Sequence record: OZ335959.1
DNA length: 64,000 nt
Direction: 5' to 3' (one strand)
Source of the DNA: a phage
The translations under genes were made by a program, and so were the position numbers. A model generated the notes under the pieces. The model had not been told where the DNA came from, did not search any database, and saw only the letters and a list, made by a program, of their open reading frames with translations. This document shows, piece by piece, positions 33,692 through 44,410 of this stretch (positions within the stretch are counted from its first letter, which is position 1; every line of letters starts with the position of its first letter).

Positions 33692-33979
33692 TTAAAATCT
33701 CATCTGAAAACCGTGTGATTTAACATTACCGCCGCCAATATCAGAAATGTTAATTTCACGCGCAATTGAAGGGTCAATGTCAATTTCACGATTGAGTTTA
33801 ATGATAGCTAAAGTATCGCGGCCATTTACAGTACGGAACTCTAAAGGACATACTACATTAACGTAGTTTTTAATCGATTCGCTGGTAGGTTGCAAATGAG
33901 CAGGAAGGTCTTTAGGCGCTTTAGAGAAAACTACTTCACAGAAATTTTTGCGGGTGTCAAAATAAGTAGTCATAAACAT
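33692..33979 (-). CDS. Hypothetical protein, 96 aa (start trimmed to ATG after hairpin and GAGGAA RBS)
   Basis: The ORF-track extension translates the upstream GC hairpin. Confidence 0.5.
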   Translation of the reverse strand: MFMTTYFDTRKNFCEVVFSKAPKDLPAHLQPTSESIKNYVNVVCPLEFRTVNGRDTLAIIKLNREIDIDPSIAREINISDIGGGNVKSHGFQMRF

Positions 33980-34019
33980 AGTATTTTCCTCAGTAAGGGG
34001 CCGAAGCCCCTGTTTTATT

Positions 34020-34385
34020 TTAAATATCAAATTCGTTAAGAACTACATCAAAGATTGCTTCAAGATGCTCAGGTTTAGCTCTGTTACTTAGAATATGACG
34101 AATCCAAGTTTTAACCAGAAGCTTGCGATTAACGCCATTCCAGCAAGGATGAGTCCCTAAATCGCGTTGACGAAAATCATCATCCAAAGCGATTTTGAAG
34201 TTGGAACCTTCCATTGTGATTGAAACCGTGATGCCATTTTCAAATCGCATATAAACGTAGTTAGGAGTCATATACTGTTCAATTTCGCATACTGATCCAT
34301 TTTGATGTTTCCAAAGGCAAATAGTATCAATAGAACCTGCAATACCATTAGAAACATATTTACGTTCAAAGTTGATGTAGTTCAT
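34020..34385 (-). CDS. Hypothetical protein, 121 aa
   Basis: ATG start; early promoter with inverted repeat upstream. Confidence 0.55.
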   Translation of the reverse strand: MNYINFERKYVSNGIAGSIDTICLWKHQNGSVCEIEQYMTPNYVYMRFENGITVSITMEGSNFKIALDDDFRQRDLGTHPCWNGVNRKLLVKTWIRHILSNRAKPEHLEAIFDVVLNEFDI

Positions 34386-34411
34386 TTTTATTCTCCAAGA
34401 TGTTTAATTGC

Positions 34412-34451
34412 GGTACAGGTATATAATATCATATCCTGTACCAAAGTAAAC
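34412..34451 (-). promoter_or_regulatory. Early promoter with 8-bp inverted repeat (GGTACAGG/CCTGTACC) bracketing the -10; PeSL-like
   Basis: GTTTAC at 34446-34451, TATTAT at 34423-34428. Confidence 0.5.
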
Positions 34452-34453
34452 AA

Positions 34454-34786
34454 TTATTTTACTACTTTCCAGTGCTGCATGTCAAGTTTACCAACTTTTT
34501 TCATCTTCTCAATTAAGCGTTCGGCACGTTGGCGAGCTGTAACATAATACCATTCACCCAATTCATTTTGTTCAATTTTTCCAACGATTATTGTATTCAA
34601 TTCATAAATCCAACCAGTAAAGAAATTATGAACTTGAATTGTAAAGGTGAAATCTGTTCCCATACCTTCTGTTGTTTCTACTTCAATAATATCACCTTCA
34701 ACTGCCATTAAGAACCACATAGTTTCATCATATTTACCATTGAAGCATTTAGTTTTAACTGCAGCGTTCAGATTAATCGTTTTCAT
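34454..34786 (-). CDS. Hypothetical protein, 110 aa
   Basis: ATG start; early promoter upstream. Confidence 0.55.
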   Translation of the reverse strand: MKTINLNAAVKTKCFNGKYDETMWFLMAVEGDIIEVETTEGMGTDFTFTIQVHNFFTGWIYELNTIIVGKIEQNELGEWYYVTARQRAERLIEKMKKVGKLDMQHWKVVK

Positions 34787-34800
34787 TTTATTCTCCTTTG

Positions 34801-34843
34801 TTTGTGTAAGATAATACTATCACAAAGGAACTATACTGTAAAC
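34801..34843 (-). promoter_or_regulatory. Early promoter with inverted repeat TTTGTG/CACAAA around the -10
   Basis: GTTTAC at 34838-34843, TAGTAT at 34814-34819. Confidence 0.45.
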
Positions 34844-34860
34844 AACTTTGTGCAATCTTT

Positions 34861-34891
34861 GGAAAATAAAAAAGGACTCCCGAAGGAGTCC
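34861..34891 (-). terminator. Terminator after the small basic ORF
   Basis: GGACUCC-UUCG-GGAGUCC followed by UUUUUUAUUUU on the minus strand. Confidence 0.6.
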
Positions 34892-34896
34892 TCAAC

Positions 34897-35073
34897 TTAT
34901 GCTTTCTGCTTACCAAAACGAGAAGCATCATCTCGAAGAACCGCACGTGCTCGGCGCATGATCTTCTCAACAGTTTGATTGATACGAGAGTTCGACCCAC
35001 GCTTGTAGCCAGCGCGTTTAGAATCACCAACTTTCTTTTCAACTGCTTTCTTTGCTTTAGCTTGTTTTGCCAT
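34897..35073 (-). CDS. Small lysine/arginine-rich protein, 58 aa (internal ATG of the 72-aa track ORF)
   Basis: MAKQAKAKKAVEKK...; terminator hairpin directly downstream. Confidence 0.45.
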   Translation of the reverse strand: MAKQAKAKKAVEKKVGDSKRAGYKRGSNSRINQTVEKIMRRARAVLRDDASRFGKQKA

Positions 35074-35192
35074 TATAAATTCTCTTTTAAATGAAAATGC
35101 AGGACTTATTGGCATTGCCTGCGCAAGCCCTCAAGGGGAACATAGGTTTTGAATATTTACCGACAGGATAACCATAAACCTCGTCAACATAC

Positions 35193-35441
35193 TTACTTCA
35201 GTGTTACCACAAAGTGACGAACTGCTTTTCGTGCAGCAGAAGCCAGTGGCTTAGCATATTTAAGTTCATCTTTTTCCTGAAGCTCAGCAGCTAATGCAGT
35301 TTGAGCAGGATTCAGATGTTTGAAATAACGCAGGATTTCAAGAGCTTCGGCTTCAACATCAATAGATGCGCCATAGTTTTCGTGACCGTTATTCCATGCG
35401 TTTCGTTGCAGTTCAAGAGCGTGTTGTAATTGTTTAATCAT
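35193..35441 (-). CDS. rIII: rIII lysis inhibition accessory protein, 82 aa
   Basis: Sequence and length match T4 rIII. Confidence 0.85.
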   Translation of the reverse strand: MIKQLQHALELQRNAWNNGHENYGASIDVEAEALEILRYFKHLNPAQTALAAELQEKDELKYAKPLASAARKAVRHFVVTLK

Positions 35442-35579
35442 TTGAAAATTCTCGTTAGAGATTAAAACTCGGTAGTCACGTTCTTCTGAATTTCATCTTC
35501 TTTCGACAGATCTCTCAGTTGTAGACTACCACATAGAATTGTTCGGTTAACTTATTATTCCGACACCCAATTCATATTA

Positions 35580-35587
35580 TTATTTAT
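35580..35587 (-). promoter_or_regulatory. Possible late promoter (TATAAATA on the minus strand) upstream of rIII
   Basis: Forward tatttata. Confidence 0.35.
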
Positions 35588-35588
35588 A

Positions 35589-35924
35589 TCACTTATAAAG
35601 ACACGGAATAGCTTTATAGTGACAGGTAACGAATTTTTGTTTAATTTCTTTTGGCTGCTTAAGGCCCAGAGCTACAAAAGGATGCGGAACGTTTCGAATT
35701 TGACCAACTGGAAGAGAAGTCAAATCACCAACTTCACAGAAACCTTCAGGAACATCAGGACCAACAGAGTGAACTACACACAGTTCAGGAACTTCACCTT
35801 GAACACGTTTACCGATAATAAGTCCTGATTCTGTAACTTCTTCATCACCAGCCTGTGCAGGTTCAGAAACTAAAATAACATATTCACCGACAGCACGAAT
35901 TGGTAGCTGTTGTACTTCAGACAT
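35589..35924 (-). CDS. 31: Co-chaperonin (GroES analogue), 111 aa
   Basis: Sequence matches recalled T4 gp31. Confidence 0.9.
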
Positions 35925-35954
35925 CGTTTTTCCTTTTTGTTAGCAGATGAATTA

Positions 35955-35979
35955 ATAATAACAAATAATTCTTAAAGCA
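35955..35979 (-). promoter_or_regulatory. Possible MotA-dependent middle promoter for gene 31
   Basis: MotA-box-like TGCTTTA, 12 nt spacer, then TATTAT on the minus strand. Confidence 0.4.
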
Positions 35980-35980
35980 T

Positions 35981-36280
35981 TTATTTACCAATAAATTGAA
36001 GCAAATGCTCAACTTTCATACCATTAACGGAAATCAATTTGTCAATAGAAAAACCTCGCCATGCACCAAGCTCAACATCAAATACTGGAATCATATCAGT
36101 AGATTCTTTCCGAGCAGATTCAGTCAATTTACCAGTTTGCATAAAGTCCGCATCACGAGTGCCTTTCATAGTACGAATAGTACCATCAGACTTTTCAAAA
36201 ACTACGTTTGAAACCCCCATGGACAATTTAGTTTTCAAAATTTCACGAATTGCTACTTTTTGTTCAGTCGTCAGTTTCAT
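35981..36280 (-). CDS. Hypothetical protein (31.1 position), 99 aa
   Basis: ATG start; synteny. Confidence 0.55.
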   Translation of the reverse strand: MKLTTEQKVAIREILKTKLSMGVSNVVFEKSDGTIRTMKGTRDADFMQTGKLTESARKESTDMIPVFDVELGAWRGFSIDKLISVNGMKVEHLLQFIGK

Positions 36281-36517
36281 TTATTTACCTATTACAGTTT
36301 TAATATGAGTTGTTCCACGTTCTTTAAGAGTGGAAAGCAATTTTTGGCATTTTTCTAAATCAGATTTCCAACTATACGGCCTATCAATACTAGTCCAATC
36401 AGTTTTATAATACTGTTTCCATTTAGAGAAAAAATATTTCTTATACTCTACAGCAAATGAAATGTTCTCGTTAGAATAAGAACTAATTGCTGTGAGCTGT
36501 ACCAAACGAAATTTCAT
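36281..36517 (-). CDS. Hypothetical protein (31.2 position), 78 aa
   Basis: ATG start overlapping cd stop. Confidence 0.5.
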   Translation of the reverse strand: MKFRLVQLTAISSYSNENISFAVEYKKYFFSKWKQYYKTDWTSIDRPYSWKSDLEKCQKLLSTLKERGTTHIKTVIGK

Positions 36518-37098
36518 TATTCACCACAGAATTCGTTGATATTTTCCCAATTTAACTTATTCAAGTTTTTCTTAGGAACATTAAACACTTCAATACCTGC
36601 ATTTCGCAGAATATCATCCCAGCCAGGTTTATTTTTATCGTATGTTTCGCAATAAACCAGCTTTTTAATACCAGATTGAGCTATCGCTTTTGCACAATCT
36701 GGGCAAGGAGAAAGTGTTACATACATAGTAGCACCTTCAATTGAAGAACCGTTTCGTGCAGCAAACAAAATCGCATTTAGTTCAGCATGAATTTCATTTT
36801 TAGATGACCATTCAGAGTGAGCGCTACGGTGTTCTTTCGCCAAGACAAAACGATCAGTTGAACCAAACGATACACATTCAGGCTTATGACCTTGAATGAT
36901 AGTATGTTTAGGCTTATTCAGCAACCAACCTTGCTCAGCAGCATAATCACAACAGTTCACACCCCCGGCAGGTGAACCATTATATCCGGTAGAAATAATA
37001 CGTCCATTCTTTTCAATTACTGCTCCTACCTTCCAGGAGCAACATTTTGATTCTTGCGATACTAAATATGCAATTTGAAGTACTGTACTCGCTTTCAT
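36517..37098 (-). CDS. cd: dCMP deaminase, 193 aa
   Basis: Zinc-binding HAE and PCPDC motifs; length as T4 Cd. Confidence 0.92.
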   Translation of the reverse strand: MKASTVLQIAYLVSQESKCCSWKVGAVIEKNGRIISTGYNGSPAGGVNCCDYAAEQGWLLNKPKHTIIQGHKPECVSFGSTDRFVLAKEHRSAHSEWSSKNEIHAELNAILFAARNGSSIEGATMYVTLSPCPDCAKAIAQSGIKKLVYCETYDKNKPGWDDILRNAGIEVFNVPKKNLNKLNWENINEFCGE

Positions 37099-37433
37099 TT
37101 CATAATCACCAGATAAGCAGATTTAGCAGTTTCAACACGATAAATTTCGTGACGAAGTTTAGTTATACTTTTAATAACAGAACTAATTATATTCTGCCCA
37201 TCTTTAAAGCGGTTTTTCTTATCAATAAAAATTGCGCCAACCATCTTTTTGTGAAGCTCAACTGGGTACTTCGTCACAATAATAGCATCATACACAGAAG
37301 GATGAATACTATTCACTAGAGTGTCATTCATTAAAGTTATTCTAATGAACTGTGCTGTTTCAGAGTCAAGCGCTCTATGATCGCCAGTATCATTTTCAAG
37401 ACAAGTATCAATTATATCAGTTAAATTCATCAT
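37095..37433 (-). CDS. Hypothetical protein (cd.1 position), 112 aa
   Basis: ATG start; packing. Confidence 0.5.
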   Translation of the reverse strand: MMNLTDIIDTCLENDTGDHRALDSETAQFIRITLMNDTLVNSIHPSVYDAIIVTKYPVELHKKMVGAIFIDKKNRFKDGQNIISSVIKSITKLRHEIYRVETAKSAYLVIMK

Positions 37434-37666
37434 AGTACGCCATACACCCTTTGTGCTTCAACTAATCCATCAAAATCCAATTTGAGATGTGTTATTTGAT
37501 CACCATCACCTGGATTCACAATTACTAATACTGAACGAGGAGTTTCGGTAATAACACGAACCGATGTTTCTGGAAATCGTTCAGAAACCTTATTTACCAA
37601 TTCCTGGGCAAATAGTTTAACTTTTTCTTGGAATTCTTTAACAGTAATTGGTTTTTCACTTAGCAT
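37430..37666 (-). CDS. Hypothetical protein (cd.2 position), 78 aa
   Basis: ATG start; packing. Confidence 0.5.
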   Translation of the reverse strand: MLSEKPITVKEFQEKVKLFAQELVNKVSERFPETSVRVITETPRSVLVIVNPGDGDQITHLKLDFDGLVEAQRVYGVL

Positions 37667-38187
37667 GTTGATCCCAGCTCCTTACTTTCAACGTTTTTAA
37701 CTAATTTGACAGAAACTAATTCGGCATCTTGGGTAATCATTACCGGGCCTTCTTCATACTCTTCAAGATATTCTAGAGCTTTCTTTTTAGCTTCTTCCTT
37801 CGTATCAGTTTGAGCATAGATATAAAACATACAACCAGTAATACCTACTACTTTCCACTTAATTTCTTTATCAGTTTTAATTTCAAATTTACTGACAGAA
37901 TCATCTTTTTGAACTTCTTCGAAAAAAGAATATTCTAACATATAAGCAATTGAAAATAACGGGCTAACTTTATAGGATTCTCCCATTACATCAACAGCTT
38001 TATACCAACGGTCATCAATTTCGCGTTTAATGCTAATAACATTTTTCGCAGGATCTATTTTTACTTTAAATGAATTTTCCCCAATAAATTGAGCAATTCG
38101 TTTATTAGCCCCACAGGTTTCATTAAAAATATCTTTATATCCAGCTTTAAAACGATAAACCTTATCTTCTTCAAACCATTCGCTCAT
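37660..38187 (-). CDS. Hypothetical protein (cd.3 position), 175 aa
   Basis: ATG start with GAGGAA RBS; early promoter upstream. Confidence 0.55.
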   Translation of the reverse strand: MSEWFEEDKVYRFKAGYKDIFNETCGANKRIAQFIGENSFKVKIDPAKNVISIKREIDDRWYKAVDVMGESYKVSPLFSIAYMLEYSFFEEVQKDDSVSKFEIKTDKEIKWKVVGITGCMFYIYAQTDTKEEAKKKALEYLEEYEEGPVMITQDAELVSVKLVKNVESKELGSTC

Positions 38188-38208
38188 TTCAATTTCCTCA
38201 TTTATTTT

Positions 38209-38247
38209 GGTAGAGCTATAATATCACAACTCTACCGTAAAGTAAAC
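38209..38247 (-). promoter_or_regulatory. Early promoter with inverted repeat GGTAGAG/CTCTACC around the -10
   Basis: GTTTAC at 38242-38247, TATTAT at 38218-38223. Confidence 0.5.
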
Positions 38248-38249
38248 TG

Positions 38250-38525
38250 TTAAATTGCTTTGAATTCTGATGTCTGCGATTCAAAACGAATATCGCCTTT
38301 GATGACTAGCTCAGCATCAAGACCAAATACGACAATGATATGCGCGGAACCTGGATACAGCGTAATGGCAATAGAATCCACCTGGTCTGGAAGCAAAGTG
38401 TTCAATACATGAGTCACTTGAGCATGAATTCGAAGCTCGGCTGCGTTATCAAGCTTTTCAAACATATTATTAGCGATAATTTGACTAAACACTACTTCTA
38501 CGATTTTAGAATAAGTCGGAAACAT
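38250..38525 (-). CDS. Hypothetical protein (cd.4 position), 91 aa
   Basis: ATG two codons inside the GTG track start. Confidence 0.5.
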   Translation of the reverse strand: MFPTYSKIVEVVFSQIIANNMFEKLDNAAELRIHAQVTHVLNTLLPDQVDSIAITLYPGSAHIIVVFGLDAELVIKGDIRFESQTSEFKAI

Positions 38526-38527
38526 AT

Positions 38528-38728
38528 TCACCCCACATAATTTTCTTCAAGCCAATTAATAACATCCAACGCATTATCAAAAGTTGAACCATCTACTATG
38601 TCTTCTGTTTCATAATCAAGAATATCTAAGTCTATTCTTCCATCAACAATAGGCCATAAACAAAATAGATATTTCTTTTCTTTTTCAATTTTATCGCAAA
38701 GTTGATAAATCTTTTCTATGTTATTCAT
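38528..38728 (-). CDS. Hypothetical protein (cd.5 position), 66 aa
   Basis: ATG start. Confidence 0.45.
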   Translation of the reverse strand: MNNIEKIYQLCDKIEKEKKYLFCLWPIVDGRIDLDILDYETEDIVDGSTFDNALDVINWLEENYVG

Positions 38729-38917
38729 AAGTTTTCCATGGTAAAGGCAGTTTAGTTTTCTTTACTGTTAGTTCAACATCAGGATTCTTTTCTCTTAATT
38801 TAAGGCATTCCTCCCAAGCTCTGATTTCACTAGTGAATACACAAAATTGCCCATTACTAGTACCAACTAAACCACTATTTACAATAACAATAGACCAAGT
38901 TTCATGATGCCACGCCA

Positions 38918-38918
<1 letters not shown>
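38721..38918 (-). CDS. Hypothetical protein, about 65 aa (start moved to the ATG forming a TAATG overlap with pseT stop)
   Basis: The track start would overlap pseT by 30 nt. Confidence 0.4.
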
Positions 38919-40139
<1,221 letters not shown>

Positions 40140-40143
<4 letters not shown>

Positions 40144-40370
40144 CTATTTTTCTCAACCAATGATTGAATATAATCATGTAGGTCTTTAGATGCTTTACCC
40201 CACTTATTTTGGTATTCATTTTTAAGATTAGCACGTGATTGAGCTAATAAAACATCATTAGTTGGAGGTAAAGATTCTAATCGTTGAATCTGGCGTCCAT
40301 AAATCATTGCAGCCATCTCGGATTCATAAATCAATCCTTTGAGATGTTCAAATTGATGCCATGAAATCAT
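40140..40370 (-). CDS. Hypothetical protein, 76 aa
   Basis: ATG start; overlaps neighbours. Confidence 0.5.
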
Positions 40371-40666
40371 TTACATTTATCCTCTTTTAACTCTTGACGA
40401 TAATAACATATCATAGTTTTCTGATCATGTACATATCGTTTTACATCATTAAGCCAAATACGAAATTCCTGGGAATCTTCGAATGGCATACCGACCCAAG
40501 CTTTACCATCAATAACTTTAACTTGCCAGGATAGTTTAGCTTCATCATATGACTTTATCTGCACAGGCCAATTAGGATGAACTGTTTCTTTCTTTACTTC
40601 TAGAGGCTTTGTCGAACAACCAACTAGAAGACCAATAGATAATATTACTGCTGATAGTTTAATCAT
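40367..40666 (-). CDS. Putative outer-membrane spanin lipoprotein, 99 aa
   Basis: Signal peptide with lipobox LLVGC; ATGA overlap with upstream i-spanin-like gene. Confidence 0.65.
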   Translation of the reverse strand: MIKLSAVILSIGLLVGCSTKPLEVKKETVHPNWPVQIKSYDEAKLSWQVKVIDGKAWVGMPFEDSQEFRIWLNDVKRYVHDQKTMICYYRQELKEDKCK

Positions 40667-41016
40667 TTAGAAAGGTCCTGGATGTCTTCTGCGAACTTGT
40701 TGAAGGAGTTGTTGATTTGTTTTTCAACCAATCCTGGCTTATGAGCCACCACATCCGCCTTCTTTGCGTCTTTGCGCAGTTTTTCATTTTCACGCTCAAT
40801 AGCAGCAATTGCCTCACGATTTTTATTATTCATCGCATCAATATAATTATACTGAATTCGCAAATTATTTAATGCTAAAGCGTTTTCATTGGCCGTTTTT
40901 GTAATTTCTACAACAGACGTTTCTAATCTTTCAATTTTATTTTTTAAAATTAAAGAAGTTCCGCCCAATGCAATTACAATTAATAACAAGCCCGTTGTCG
41001 TATTACTTAATTGCAT
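40663..41016 (-). CDS. Putative inner-membrane spanin, 117 aa
   Basis: N-terminal transmembrane helix GLLLIVIALGGTSLIL followed by coiled-coil-like segment. Confidence 0.65.
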   Translation of the reverse strand: MQLSNTTTGLLLIVIALGGTSLILKNKIERLETSVVEITKTANENALALNNLRIQYNYIDAMNNKNREAIAAIERENEKLRKDAKKADVVAHKPGLVEKQINNSFNKFAEDIQDLSK

Positions 41017-41513
41017 AAAGTTTTAATAACCTCTACAATATCGTCTTGAGAAAGACCGTTAATTAAAATATGATGTTCAGCCGGAGATTTAGAAATTTTA
41101 AAGCATGCCTCAACATCTTCTGCCATATCCGACGCGCTACGATTTGGATTACTAATTCCAAGACGATGTTTTCCCGTCAAAGGATTAACGATTATATAGC
41201 ATTTACAGTTGTTGATATGAACATTAGGTTGAGTCTGATTAATGAACACATCACAATCATATTTCGCAAGCTGATTTTCTAAAAAGACTTTCATCTCCTC
41301 AACCGCATCAGGAAGCATATCACGGGCTTGCTCAAGACGACGATTTCGATATTCTTTAATGGTCGTTTTCCGCTTGACTTGTTTAGCTAAATCTTTCTTA
41401 AGATCGGTGATATATCCAACTCGACGATTTCCTTTAAATACAGAAATCCCATCTGTAGTATCACCGTATGCTTCAACGACCATCTCAGTAGTAATAAGCT
41501 GCAAATCCATCAT
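41007..41513 (-). CDS. alc: Probable Alc (host transcription shutoff), 168 aa
   Basis: Synteny between spanins and rnlA; size as T4 Alc. Confidence 0.6.
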   Translation of the reverse strand: MMDLQLITTEMVVEAYGDTTDGISVFKGNRRVGYITDLKKDLAKQVKRKTTIKEYRNRRLEQARDMLPDAVEEMKVFLENQLAKYDCDVFINQTQPNVHINNCKCYIIVNPLTGKHRLGISNPNRSASDMAEDVEACFKISKSPAEHHILINGLSQDDIVEVIKTLCN

Positions 41514-41541
41514 AAAGTCCTCATGTTATGTCAGTAAGACT

Positions 41542-41571
41542 ACTATAACACAACACGAGGGACTTGTAAAC
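41542..41571 (-). promoter_or_regulatory. T4 early-type promoter (GTTTAC, 18 nt, TATAGT) for alc
   Basis: Near-identical to 26038..26067, including the leader. Confidence 0.55.
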
Positions 41572-41574
41572 AGC

Positions 41575-42720
<1,146 letters not shown>

Positions 42721-42751
42721 TTAATATAGTACCACACTCCATGTGGAAGCA

Positions 42752-43162
42752 TCATTTTTTCTTGTGTTGAATATTCCAAGGCGGGTTAAACAGTTTAATG
42801 AATAGTGGCTCCTCTAGGTCAATCGTTGCGATTGTCATTGTACCTAACTCATTTGTCATAGAAAGATTAAAACATTGGCGGGCGTAAAATTCAACTTTGC
42901 TTCCTTCCTTTAGCGCAGCATGAATTAATGCAGATTTAGTAGAATCAGACGTTTTGTCTTTACGGTTAATAGCAGTTCTATAATAGTTTATTCTTTTACG
43001 TAAATTTTTAGTTTTTCCAATATAAACAAGCTCATCATTTATAGCAATAGCATAAATTACATTATACTTGTTTGGAATAGATAATTGTTTTATACTTCCA
43101 TTGTCGTCTAATTCTAGCTCAGTATATTTAATAAATGAATATTCTGTTGCAATTTCTTTCAT
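42752..43162 (-). CDS. denA: Endonuclease II (GIY-YIG family), 136 aa
   Basis: VYIGKT...RINYY GIY-YIG-like motif; start at MKEIATEYS as in T4; the ORF-track GTG start lies in a hairpin. Confidence 0.85.
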   Translation of the reverse strand: MKEIATEYSFIKYTELELDDNGSIKQLSIPNKYNVIYAIAINDELVYIGKTKNLRKRINYYRTAINRKDKTSDSTKSALIHAALKEGSKVEFYARQCFNLSMTNELGTMTIATIDLEEPLFIKLFNPPWNIQHKKK

Positions 43163-43189
43163 AATAAAATGGGCCTTGCGGCCCACTCC

Positions 43190-44359
43190 TTAAAAATATT
43201 TTTTAAAACTCATCATAACTTTATCATCAACATCATTATCAATCTGTGCTACAAGGTAAGATGACAGTTCTACTTCCTGTGGCGCGGATTGAACATTATC
43301 AGAATTAAGGTATTCACGAATCCAAGGATACGGATGTTTAACCGGAGCATCGGTAATTGGGCATGGAAGACCACACTGTTTCATACGAGATACAGTTAAG
43401 TAATCAATAAAGCTCCACATGCTATTTGTATTTAATCCAGGAACATCACCATCTTTAAATAAATGAACTGCCCAGTCTTTTTCTTGACGGTTAACTTCCA
43501 TGAAAATATCAACTGCTTCTTGTTCACACTCTTTGGCGATTTTAACCCATTCATCACCATCAGTGCCAAGTTGAAGTTGACGAATAATATATTGGGTGCC
43601 TTTAAGGTGAAGCTGCTCATCACGTGCAATGAACTTCATAATCTTGGCATTACCTTCCATGATTTCCATGTTCTTATGGAAGTTAAAGGTACATGCGAAA
43701 GATACATAAAAACGAATAGCTTCCAATGCGTTAATTACATGCAAGCAAAGATAAAGAGATTTCATTAGTGCTTGTTTAGTACATTCAACAACTTTGCCTA
43801 ACTCTTCTTTGCGAAATCCTTCTGATAAAATTCCTTCATAATCTTCAACCGCATTCTGATATTCACGAGTCTTAACTAGAACATCATCGTAATAGCGACC
43901 AATGGACTCGGCACGTTTCATAATAGCTTTATCTAATACAATCTCATCAAACACTTTTGACGGATCAGTATAAAGATTTCGCATAATATGAGTGTATGAA
44001 CGGCTGTGAATAGTTTCACTAAAAGTCCATGTAGCAACCCATGTATCAAGGCTTGGGTCTGAAATTAATGACATAAGTACAGCAGACGGTGCACGACCCT
44101 GAATGCTATCTAGAAGTGATTGATACTTCAGGTTATTAGTAAAAATATCTTGCTGATACTGAGGAAGCTTGTTAAATTGCGCAGCATCCATCATCAAGTT
44201 TACTTCTTCAGGACGCCAGAAAAATGATAATTGCTTTTCGGTTAAATCTTCAAAAACTTTATGGCGTTGAATATCATAACGCGCAATACCAAGACCTGAC
44301 CCGAAGAACATAGGTTCTTTTAAAACATCAACTGGATTTGTATTAAAAACTGTGCTCAT
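43190..44359 (-). CDS. nrdB: Ribonucleotide reductase small subunit, uninterrupted, 389 aa
   Basis: Continuous ORF of full length; no intron. Confidence 0.95.
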   Translation of the reverse strand: MSTVFNTNPVDVLKEPMFFGSGLGIARYDIQRHKVFEDLTEKQLSFFWRPEEVNLMMDAAQFNKLPQYQQDIFTNNLKYQSLLDSIQGRAPSAVLMSLISDPSLDTWVATWTFSETIHSRSYTHIMRNLYTDPSKVFDEIVLDKAIMKRAESIGRYYDDVLVKTREYQNAVEDYEGILSEGFRKEELGKVVECTKQALMKSLYLCLHVINALEAIRFYVSFACTFNFHKNMEIMEGNAKIMKFIARDEQLHLKGTQYIIRQLQLGTDGDEWVKIAKECEQEAVDIFMEVNRQEKDWAVHLFKDGDVPGLNTNSMWSFIDYLTVSRMKQCGLPCPITDAPVKHPYPWIREYLNSDNVQSAPQEVELSSYLVAQIDNDVDDKVMMSFKKYF

Positions 44360-44410
44360 AAATTTTCCGCTTAGTTAATAGATAGTGACTCGTCCGTGAG
44401 TCAAATTATA

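Noticed and set aside
34788-35042. 84-aa ORF overlapping the small basic ORF
   Set aside because: Alternative frame across the terminator hairpin; the basic 58-aa frame has the better start context.
43432-43768. Small ORFs inside nrdB that might suggest an intron-encoded endonuclease
   Set aside because: The nrdB frame is continuous at full length; these are out-of-frame overlaps.
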